In this document: piece after piece, positions 51,285 to 64,000 of the stretch
Position numbering within the stretch: position 1 is the stretch's first letter
Layout of the letters: each line of letters opens with the position of its first letter
Assembly: GCA_951406725.2 (NCBI GenBank)
Contig: OX597823.1
Span: 114,824,001 to 114,888,000 of the forward strand
Length of the DNA stretch: 64,000 nucleotides
Direction: 5' to 3'
Source of the DNA: Octopus vulgaris
Lineage: Eukaryota
Notes under the pieces: generated by a model
The model's input: the letters and a program-made list of their open reading frames with translations, nothing else
Databases searched by the model: none
What the model was told of the DNA's origin: nothing
Translations under genes and position numbers: made by a program

Positions 51285-51627
51285 CAGTGGTTCTCAGCCG
51301 GGGTCCATATGACCCCAGAGGGTTCACATAAGATTTTGGAGAGTTCATATGACAATATAGTAAATTAGGGATCCACAATACGATTTTAAGGAGCCCTGAA
51401 AAGATTTTGTTTAGTTGTATATATTGGTATTTTTGGCAAGAAACACCTCGGTTTCTTTCTCTAACATTTTACATAGTTCAACGTACACAAGTTAATGTGT
51501 GAAAAACAAAATAGGTATTTGGAAAGAACTTTCTATAAAACCAGTTTCTAAACATCGAATGGTTATGGCGTCCACCGGAATAAAATATCAAATGGGTCCA
51601 TGGAAAGAAAATAGTTGAGAACCCTTT
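51285..51627. mobile_element. hAT MITE with 8-bp TSD
   Basis: TIRs CAGTGGTTCTCAGC and GTTGAGAACCCTTT; TSD AGTTACAC at 51277-51284 and 51628-51635. Confidence 0.8.
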
Positions 51628-51647
51628 AGTTACACATTTCCGGTGCA

Positions 51648-52033
<386 letters not shown>

Positions 52034-54068
52034 ATATATACACGTTTATATAATTTTGTGTGTTAAAATGTTTCTATTTTTGTATATATACATGTGTATG
52101 CATAGATATATGTGCAGGTATCTGCATATATATATATATATATATATGCACATATGTACATGATATATATGAGCATATATGTGTGCGCGGGTGTGTGTAT
52201 ACACATATGTGTGTGTACGTGTTTGTGTGTGTGCCTGTGTGTGTGTGCGCGGAAATTCCTAAATGGAACCACACGCAAACAAATGTGTGTGTCTATGTGT
52301 TTCCGTATTCCTGTGTGGCTCTAGGTCTTTGCTCCCGTGTGCTAATGTGTAAGAAGCGTGTGGTATATAGACATATGTGTCTGTCTATGTGTATATCATT
52401 GTATGTGCGTTTGTATTTCTGTGTATCTGTGTCTATGTAGCTGTGTGTATGATAACATACAGTCATATGTATATGTCATTATATATTAAGTCTTAATAAA
52501 TATTACGGAAATTCTTGATGACGTGTCAGATAGTTTATTTAAACAACTGCTGTGAATGTTTCCAGAATCCGTTTTCCTCGTCGAAACTCATGCAACCAAA
52601 CATTAGTCTAAGCTGTGATTCTAACGATTTATTTTCACAAAATATTGCAGCGGTTACTGATTCTATGCACGAAAATAAACAGTGTTTTATCTGTTGTTAT
52701 TGCTGTTGTTGTTGTTTATATTGAGTTTTTATTGTTAAATAAATTAATTATTAATTATGTAAAATATTTTATACTCTTGTTTTTATAATATAATTTAATT
52801 CCGTTAAATATTTTTTATACTTTATTGCCAAAATATATTTACTTTGAATTATATTTTTTCACAATGTAAGATGCCAGGTGCAATCTGTTTACTATTCGAC
52901 GACATATCTATTCTTAGAATATTCTGGCTACCTGCAAATGACAGGTATCTCAAACCAATAAATATTAAGCAGTAATCCACACGTAAAGACGGCAGTCTAC
53001 TCCTAACGTCAGAGAAATTATTACAAGTGTTCAAGAACCTTTAGTACATCGCCGTGGGTCATCACAGCAAATTTGTATTATTCTTATTTCTTTATTGCCC
53101 ACAAGAGGCAAAACTTAGAGGGGACAAAAGGGACAGACATAGGTATTAAGTCGATTATATCGAACCAGTGCGTAACTGGTACTGATTTAATCGACCCCCA
53201 AAGGATGAAAGGCAAAGTCGACCTCGGCGGAATTTGAACTCAGAACGGCAGACGAAATAGTGCTAAGAATTTCGCCCGGCGTGCTAACGGTTCTGCCAGC
53301 TCGCCACCTTGTATTATTTGTATTATTCTGTATTATTCTGGTGAATTTGAATTATTCTGGTGGATTTTGTACCCCACCTGCGTCGCCTCAACACAGGGAC
53401 AGACATTTAACAGAATTCTGGATAGCAAACCTTCGTTCTTTTCTTTTTTTTATTTGTTTCAGTGATTCGACTATGGCCATGCTGGAGCAGCGCTTTGAGG
53501 GGGTTTTCGTCAAACAAATCGGCTCCAAGACTTTTTTTTAAAGCCTTGTACTTATTCTATCATTCTCTTGTTTAAGTAAGAATTTTCAAAAGAATTCTTT
53601 GAAACTTTTGGCTTGTGTTTAATATGCTACGTAGTGTTTCCAAATGTGCTGATTTATACCAAGGACTTTCCACGCGTCCTTCTAGTTTATATTGCTCTGG
53701 TGAAATCTATTCCACCCTCAGCAGTTCTTTTGTTTGACTGCACACTTTTAGTCAGCGAAGGGACAATTATCAGATACGAATAATAAAGTGAAGTAGTATA
53801 ACTTGTTCCTCCATGGGTGCCGAAATTGGCAAAATTTTATTTTCATTTCAAGTTTATGAAAACTATTTCTCTTTTCATTTTTTTTTTTTTAACATCACCT
53901 GGATGATGGGGATCGAATTTCAACTTCAGCCTAGAAGACGCTGGACAATCCAGTAGAGGAGCATGTGTGACTTAGCGAGTTTATAAATCAATGTGTGCGA
54001 GGAAACTAGCAATATTCAAACGGCTCTAGAATTTGAGTTGATGGTTTGATTTGAACATATTTAGTGGC

Positions 54069-55590
<1,522 letters not shown>

Positions 55591-55952
55591 TTCTTATTAT
55601 TATGCTAAGATCTGTCATCGTATTTACAATTGTTTATTTCCCAGTGATTACGATACAAGCGTAAATTGTTTAATATCATGTTATTTTAGGAGTAACTGAG
55701 AAATCGTTGGGAATAGCAAACATCAAATATACACACAAACACACACACACATACATACCTACATACACACATTCATGCACACATACACACATACACACAC
55801 ACATACATGTATACATACATACATACACACACACATACATGCATACATACACACATACACGCACACATACATGCATACATACACACATACATACATACAC
55901 ACATACATACATACATACATACATACATACATACATACATACATACATACAA

Positions 55953-55984
<32 letters not shown>

Positions 55985-57484
55985 AAATATATATATATAT
56001 ATATATATACATACATACATACATACATACATACATCGAATGAAAGTTGATATTACAGGTATCACAGAAGTGCCTCCCGTTTTAGAGTACTGTAGTTTGT
56101 TTTCTCTTAATTCATGGAGATGGTGATATTGTACATGATGTGAAAGGAAGTTCGTTTCAATCTTGTCTTCGATCTCATTTGCTGACTTGTTCGATGACAT
56201 TCTAATTTTAGGTAAAGGCCTTGTGGAAAATAATACAATCCTGCAAATGTGGAGAAGAGTCTAATGTAGCCCCAGCCAGTATTTTAGATCCTGAAAGACA
56301 GGAACAATTTGATCGTTTTCAGGAAAAAGTGTTCCATTCACAAGTATTTACACAATTTATACAAACTATTCGCCGATTAAGAAGGCGTGTATTCTACTAG
56401 TCTAGGGTGCTACACTCTTGATCGCAAGAACATGCCCGGCCGGAGCCTTGTGTTGTTGACCAAAATACTTTATCTCAAGTAGTTTCAGGCCACACAGCTG
56501 TAAAAGTTTAACCCTGAGACAGACTGGCGTCCGGTTCAAGGGAAATGTTGTGATCTCGGTAACTTAGAAAGTCGGGTAACCGATCCCGTGAGTCCTAGGA
56601 TGCGAAACAGTAATGTCCAGGACTTACTACTGTTTGCCGGATCAGTCAACCATAGATCGAAGATTGAACATATGTCCCCAATAATCTAACCAATAATCTA
56701 CAATATTCTCATAATAAGTAATAACCTTTCTTCTAGTCAAATCAGCTATTCTTGAGTCTTGAATTACATTTTACTTTACTTTACACATATTCACTTCTGT
56801 ACAAAAATGTTCTTTCAACACAGAGAATTCATTTTCTTCACACACCACCCAATCTGACGGCCGTTTTGAATTCCAGATTTTCTCTACCAATTCACTCATT
56901 ACTTCAATCTGAAACTGTCAAATCTGCGAGCTGTATTTCATGTATGAATGAGCTCCGTATTTCCAGCAATGTGACACATACAGGTTTCGAAGAAAACGAA
57001 TTTCATAAAATTCGAAGGTTCCCTATGTATTTATGCCATCAACATGTATTACAAATCTGTTACAAATCTGTAATTGCATTTCCCGAAAACATCCAACAGC
57101 ACTGATGATAGATCCAACAGAAACACTCTCAACTCAATGTTTAAACATACTTCATATTTACATGCATTTCTTTATGTAATCCTTATCGAAACTTGACATT
57201 AATTACATTCACTACTTGTACAATACCTTTCAGAGTGATTTAGTCTATATACGAGGCATTAACATTACAGATATATAGACCAGTGAAAGGATGATAAAAC
57301 GCTGTTGAGATATGGCTTCAAATAAATTTTGGTGACTCTCAGCGTTTTATGACATTTCATTCAATTTAACGTATAGGATAATAATACGTTTCTAAACAAC
57401 AATCACACATCGAAGCACAAATGTAAAATAACAAAGACTGTAAGATGGATCGCATCTAAGAATTTCAAAAAGGAAAGTTGAGTA

Positions 57485-57526
57485 AACTTTGTGTGTTTCA
57501 GGCACAAAGGACCGTCATCAGAAGTT
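57485..57526 (-). ncRNA. Degenerate type I hammerhead motif
   Basis: Minus strand: AACTT-CTGATGA-CGG-TCCTTTGTG-CCT-GAAA-CACA-CA-AAGTT; perfect stem I, cleavage triplet decayed. Confidence 0.55.
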
Positions 57527-58582
57527 AACGATTAAAATATTATACAAGTTTTCGTAGATCCTGCCATGTTATTTTCCATACGGGTTTTGTTCGCCCAATG
57601 GTGGTTGTCGCATTCAAATGTTACTAAACTTCGCTTTTCGCATAATTAGAAGCTCTCTGCCTTCATTATTTGTTATTTCCCTACACATCAAGGAAACTAC
57701 AAAGTTCTTCTGATAGTACATCTAAATGTTATTTATGTCCCCAGTCGAATCAAACCTACGCATAATCGGTCATGCTCAAACACCATCTTATACTTCACAT
57801 GGGTTTGGTGTTTTTATCATTCTGATGTTTGTATGCTAGTAGTATTTATGTTGTTGAGGATTTTTGGCGACAGGTCAACCATCATCGAAAAGAACTATGA
57901 TCAAAGATGTTCCAGCAATGAACATCGCATCATTTTAGAGGGGTGTCAGGCTACATTATTTGATATTCCTTTCTTATTGAAAACGATAATGGGTAACTAT
58001 TTGGCTGCTATTTCTTTCACGATCATCGTCTAACTAGAGGTATCTTGTACTGCCCAATGCTTGTTTCACATGCCTTACATTAGCGTATCTTTTTATCTAA
58101 TAATGGATCTGACCTTCAGTTCAATAAAGTGTTAGATTGAACTGATGATCACCTGCCAATCGATTATCAACACAATACATTGTTGAACCACCAGCAAATG
58201 CACAGCAATATATATATATATAAGTTCAGCAAAATATAGATTCGAATGAATATCGTACTTAAGTTAAACGCACCACAATTTTGTATGGTATTATCCATAT
58301 AAATCAAATGGGGTGATTATAATCAAAATAAGCAACATGGATATCCAAGGTACAGTAGTACAGTTGTTTCATGCTACTTCATTTTATTAAACCCTGTAAG
58401 TATTACATCAGTTTTAAAATGTCGAGCAATCTTCAACCACATATAGAATTTTCCAATTAAACGGACAATGCACATTCTTATCCCTATTTCATTTGCCAAC
58501 ATTACAAAGAGGGTAGATATATAGACAGAGAGGTTAATTTCATTCTTAAGAACATGATGGTAGTATGTTCATTCTCCGTCTA

Positions 58583-58645
<63 letters not shown>

Positions 58646-58747
58646 TATATAGTGAATCCAAACAAAGAACAAACAAGAGAAAGCAACAATACGAGGACGT
58701 GGTACAAGTGCTGTATTATCAGACGGTCAGGAAAGGAAAGAAAGAGG

Positions 58748-58782
58748 ATTTTAAGATTCGAGCAAAGCTCTTCTTCAGAAAT
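58748..58782 (-). ncRNA. Degenerate minimal hammerhead motif (family B)
   Basis: Minus strand: ATTT-CTGAAGA-A-GAGC-TTT-GCTC-GAAT-CTTA-AAAT. Confidence 0.52.
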
Positions 58783-58841
58783 AGAGGTAAGTCCAAAAGA
58801 AGGGAAGGCGGAGGAAGAAAGTCGCCAACGACACACATGTG

Positions 58842-58880
<39 letters not shown>

Positions 58881-59123
58881 CATGTATAACATCGTCCGTT
58901 TTTCCATCCTTGTTTTGTTTACATTCGAGGCTTTCTTGCAAGGAATCTAATGCACTTGCCTTTGATTTTCTTTGGGGCTGGCCAGATCGGAGCAATCTCA
59001 AGATTAATCAGCCGAAATTGCGAGGATGATCCGGTTCTTGACTGAAGATTGAAGGCTTCGAATGTCCCGTCCATGTTTTTTGTATCGTCTTCTAAATGTT
59101 TTGCGTCCCAGTTTGTAATTTTT

Positions 59124-59189
<66 letters not shown>

Positions 59190-59190
59190 C

Positions 59191-59283
<93 letters not shown>

Positions 59284-59320
59284 TAGATATATGCATATCT
59301 ATATATATATATATATATAA

Positions 59321-59351
<31 letters not shown>

Positions 59352-59787
59352 TAGATAGTGTTTTAGTAAAATCAGTTTCTTGCTGGTCTGTAATTCACAT
59401 CAGGTGCAAAATACCTTCAGGCAAGTCATGAGGAAACTACATCTACAGGGGAAACTCAGAATTGCAAGAAAGTGACTTGACTAAAATAAAGTATACAAAT
59501 AATCTCTAGTGTGGTATTGAGCACTCTTTTGCCGACACTTATCACTAAGCAGTTGTGTGCGTGCGTATGTATGTGTGTTTTTGTTTGCATATGCTTGTAG
59601 TTTATGTATATACACATATGTATACATGCATATATATACTACTAATATAGGATGAAATTGTTTTCAGAACAAAATTTCATCAAAAAGTGGCAGCATATTA
59701 AAATACCTTTAAAGGTTAAAATTATAAACAACTTAAAAACAAGGGCAGAAATCTTTTTTCTTTTGCTCTTATTTATAAACATGCATG

Positions 59788-59857
<70 letters not shown>

Positions 59858-60078
59858 CATACATCACACACACACACACACTTGTTATATATGTGTATGT
59901 GTGTAATGAATGATTGACTACTGGTAAAACTTCGTTTGATGACGTAATGTAATATGTATATACAATAAATGGTTAGATCTGTTTACCACTAAAACTCCAA
60001 TTTGAACTGTGACTAAAATAAAATTGCTACTGTAGCAGCCTACCAACGAACGGCTATAAGTGGTTCATCATTAAGCGG

Positions 60079-60130
<52 letters not shown>

Positions 60131-61574
60131 TTAGCGGCTCGGCCTAAGAGACCGATAGAATAAGTACTAGGCTTACAAAGAATGAGTCCCGGGGTCAAAT
60201 TGCTCGACTAAAGACGGTGCTCCAGCATGACCACAGTCAAATGACTGAAACAGGTAAAAGAAAATACATTGCAATCTTATGTATCTAATATTGTTTGCAA
60301 TTTTGGCACAAAGCCAACGACTTTATGTGAGGTGGTTAGCTAATTACATTGATTTCAGTGTTCAAATGATACTTTGTTTATCGACCCGACCTCGGCAGAA
60401 TTTGAACCCAGAATTAACGATTAACAGAAGCTGTAAAGAACTAGAAGAAATACCTATTTCTTTACTACCCACAAGGGGCTAAACATAGAGAAGACAAACA
60501 AGGACACACACACGGATTAAGTCGATTATATCGACCCCAGTGCGTAACTGGTACTTGTTTAATCGACTCCGAAAGGATGAAAGCCAAAGTCGACCTCGGC
60601 GGAATTTGAACTCAGAATTAACGATTAACAGAAGCTGTAAATAGCTAGAAGAAATATCACCAAGTATTTTGTCCAACTCGCTAAAATTCTATAAATTCCC
60701 TGCAATTAGCTTAATAAACCTCCGTTGTCTATGCAATTAATGGACAAAATCTCTCTAAGAGGGTTTAAAATCTTAAAAAAAAAGAACAAGCTATGGAGTT
60801 GAAGGTAATGCTATGGATTAAGTGAATTCTTGCGGAAAATGAAGACGAGGAAAAAAGGGATCGATTTTGTCTTTAAAGTTTAAACACGCCATGTGGTTCT
60901 TTTTTTGGCAACTAATAGTTAATTGAAAATTAACTCATAAGCTTACATATGTAAGATCCTACCGTATATGTGTATCTAGTATTAGCAGTATCTTCATTGA
61001 CGTTCATATCTCTAGGCCTTATTCTTGATATTAAAGCAAAATAATCAAGCTGGTATGTAAGAAGTATTCAACGAAAAAATAATTTATCCCTTTAAACAAA
61101 AGAAAAAAAACTGACATACGAAAATCCACTGCTTAGTTCTACATAATTTCTGATTTGTAGCACATCATTCCAAGACTTACTTTAGACAAATTACATCTTT
61201 CATGCTTATATTCACACCGTATACACATTTATATAACTATTTCTAATCTTTCACCTTTCAAATTATAACGAATAACGAGAGGATTACAGACAATTTGCAG
61301 ATGTTTTAACAGATGTTATATATAATTACAAATGACTGCAACCAAAATTGTCTAATACCCTCAAGAATCTCTCCTGATTAACATTTTCCGTTTTCCTTCG
61401 TTGTCTATTTATTTATTTTATTATGTTGGAGCTACCCGTCTTTCTATTACACATCACTACATCATGTCTTTTATAGACATAGGTGTATGGGTGTTGCAGT
61501 TATCATTTCTTAAAGAATTAACGATCCACAGAAGATGTAAACCGAAATACTTACTTGTACTTGAACTTGTGAAT

Positions 61575-61980
61575 GCGTTCACCTAGGGAGGGTTGAGCCG
61601 TCTTCTTCTCTGGTCCTGACGGCATCACGCTCGACGGTCTTGTGCGAGGTCACTGGAGATAGCGAGCCATTCGCGGTTCCATCTGCGCAGATCGACCACC
61701 TGCGGACCTGAGAGTTCGGAGAGGTCCTCTTTAATCGTCGTTGCCCAGGTCTTCAGCTGCCCGCCCATGCGTTTGCGCCCGTTGGGAAGTGGAGGTGGGA
61801 GGAGGACATCACGAATCAGCTCACCTTTGGACGCCTGAACCACCTTAAGCGCCGTTGTAGAAGCACCGGAGGGAAGGGCCGGAGATTCAGGCGATGACGA
61901 AGACCGGCTGTAGGAACCCGATCAATGCGTCGGCAGCGAAGAATGCGGCGGAGACATTGTCGAAATAGAGAGTCCATGGC
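61575..61980 (-). mobile_element. 3' fragment of another RTE-clade LINE
   Basis: CLRRILRC..RRLRWF (frameshift) RKRMGGQLKTWATTIKEDL...LAQDRRA; GC-rich island. Confidence 0.8.
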
Positions 61981-62690
61981 ACATAATGGAACTGTTATCA
62001 TTGAGTTTAATGGAAGCCAATAGAAATACTGAGATGCAAAAGCAATAGAAACCAAAGTTGGCTTCCTTATCTTCCATATAATAAAACACAATGTGTTCTA
62101 CGTTTCGGTCAAAGCTGGTTGAGAGTGAAGCTAAAACAATGGAATAGGAGAGAGTAACAGAGAAGATAAATACAGGTGAACTATGAAATAACTGGTATTT
62201 TAATCAAAATGAAACTGAAAATTTTCTCTCATTGTTTTGAGGCGCCATTTTCTAGTATCAATAAAATCAACGGCATTTTTTTACGACTCCAGCGGGTTAG
62301 TGAGCACCATTATGTGAGCACCTCTACCGCACGTCCTGACAATACAGTCTTCACAATCAACATTTTAGTATGTTACACATTTTGTCCAATTCTGCTTTAT
62401 CACTGAAATTCAATGAGAGTAAATTTCTAGAATATCTTACCTTCTTGTGAAGGTTGATCTTGTATATGACAATAAAATACAAGCTATATGTTTGTGCGTA
62501 TGTATGTGTATTGCACATGCATATGTACGTGTGCGTATGCGTTTATGGACGTAAGAAAGTATGCATATCGTTCGTTCGCTGAGAGCACAAGGCCTGGAAG
62601 TCAACTTGCATTGCTTCCTGTCGTTGTGCGGCCACTCAGAGTTATCAGCTGAAATTCTTAAGATATATGCTTTTGTATACATATACACAT

Positions 62691-62728
<38 letters not shown>

Positions 62729-62964
62729 CACCCTTTCTCTTCTTGCCAGAGCGTCTTTTGATACATTGCGTTCTTGTCTTTTCTTTTTTTTTGGGGGGGG
62801 GGATTAGATATTTTCCGCACTCTCACACAGACCCCCGTCCATCCGACTGGCTTTGGAGTACCTAATTCGCGGAATTCTTTCTACCATCAAATTACATTAC
62901 TTTTTTCATTCGGAGTTCATTTCTGCACCTTGATTCCTTTGGTCTTGGACTTTCCTCTGTCTCC

Positions 62965-63001
62965 TGTTTCTGAAGAAGAAATTTGCCCGAAACGTAAAAC
63001 A
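62965..63001 (+). ncRNA. Degenerate minimal hammerhead motif (family B)
   Basis: TGTTT-CTGAAGA-A-GAAATTTGCCC-GAAA-CGTA-AAACA; core and stem I intact, stem II decayed. Confidence 0.55.
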
Positions 63002-63200
63002 CTCCTGTTTTCCTTTTAATACTTTGCATGTACCACGTACTCGCGTTGTTCCCCACCTCTTCGTTTTGGGTGGGATTAACTATATATATATAATTATTAT
63101 TTGAGGAGATATTAATCCTAACTTACAGGGAAAAAATTCAATTTAGAAATACTAAATCAAATTTCACACAATATAATATATATATATATATATATATATC

Positions 63201-63564
63201 AAATTAGAAAGAACCACCTTCTATCAATTCAAAACGAACAATTAAATTACACCATCTAGAAAATTACGTGTAATAGAAATATTAAATTAAAATAACAATA
63301 AAATACCAATAATTAAATAAATTGCAAAAAAATAATAAAAACGTATATAATTGGTAGATTATAATAATAAATAATAAAATAATAATAGATAATAAAAACG
63401 TATATAATATACCAATAATATACGTTTTTATTATTTTTTGCAATTTACTTAAACATTGGTATTTTATTGTTATTTTAATTTAATATTTCTATTATATGTA
63501 ATTTTCTAGATGGTGTAATTTAATGGTTTATTTTGAATTGATAAAATGTGGTTCTTTCTAATTT
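63201..63564. repeat. AT-rich inverted repeat (about 146-bp arms) between (TA)n tracts
   Basis: 63201-63347 versus the reverse complement of 63419-63564. Confidence 0.8.
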
Positions 63565-63568
63565 ATGC

Positions 63569-63602
<34 letters not shown>

Positions 63603-63634
63603 TTTACTTAAAAGCAGCAGAAATATAACAAAAG

Positions 63635-63672
63635 CTGTTACTCAGAGTCTCACGTTCCCGTTCGTGGAATAG
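63635..63672 (-). ncRNA. Degenerate hammerhead motif (family C)
   Basis: Minus strand: CTATTCCACGA-ACG-GGAA-CGT-GAGA-CTCTGAG-TA-ACAG; flanks are homologous to 14410-14490. Confidence 0.5.
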
Positions 63673-64000
63673 TTTTGTTAGAATAGAACATAAATAACGA
63701 TATGATCAAAACTAGTTAGAGGATACACTTTTAAAAATAGATTTGTTTCATTGGTCCTTTCAATTAACGATCTTAAGCATGCAATGAACAAAACAAACAA
63801 AATAAATGAATTCAATATAAATTCATCCTATTATAAAAATCGAGGAAAACCTTAAATCGAAGAGTGGATTCAAAATACATATTGCAAATAACCATATTCG
63901 AAATATAATTCAATTAATACATTAAAATTAAATTAAAATTGTCACGCTGCATTACATAAATATTTTACAACAGTATATACGCATACTAGACCATATGTAA

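Noticed and set aside
53925-53975. CTAGAAGA-CGCTGGA-CAA-TCCAGT hairpin resembling an HHR
   Set aside because: It lacks GAAA and stem I; other isolated CTGANGA matches (3158, 16686, 36692, 57102, 58142) fail for the same reason.
58961-59075. GGCTG...CAGCC-GAAA hairpin and a nearby CTGAAGA in the 9.9/59 kb repeat as hammerheads
   Set aside because: No correctly placed CUGANGA, UH and stem I that is consistent between the two copies.

Overview
AT-rich, microsatellite-saturated eukaryotic non-coding DNA. The tRNA-headed SINE families and the density of (TA)n/(TATG)n/(TAA)n tracts suggest a cephalopod, probably Octopus (inference, not verified). I found no host exon; almost all long ORFs in the track are microsatellite read-throughs. 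Recognisable coding sequence is all transposon-derived: a young 5'-truncated R4/Dong-type RLE LINE in a (TAA)n array, an older decayed R4/Dong copy, two Penelope-like element (PLE) remnants, a Tx1/L1-like ORF1, RTE and CR1/L2-like 3' ends, and a Tc1/mariner transposase. There are also hAT and mariner MITEs, a non-autonomous Helitron and many SINEs. The main signal is at the RNA level: by eye I count about 18 type I hammerhead ribozyme (HHR) motifs, intact or degenerate, from several repeat families. These include a 396-bp tandem repeat (2.1 units, 49241-50087) with an intact HHR per unit, resembling a circRNA-producing retrozyme. A second ~357-bp HHR family occurs three times with covarying stems, once with a 12-bp TSD and an internal inversion. 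Several fold-back PLE pLTR-like elements sit in (TA)n tracts. All RNA folds were read manually and need computational and experimental confirmation.
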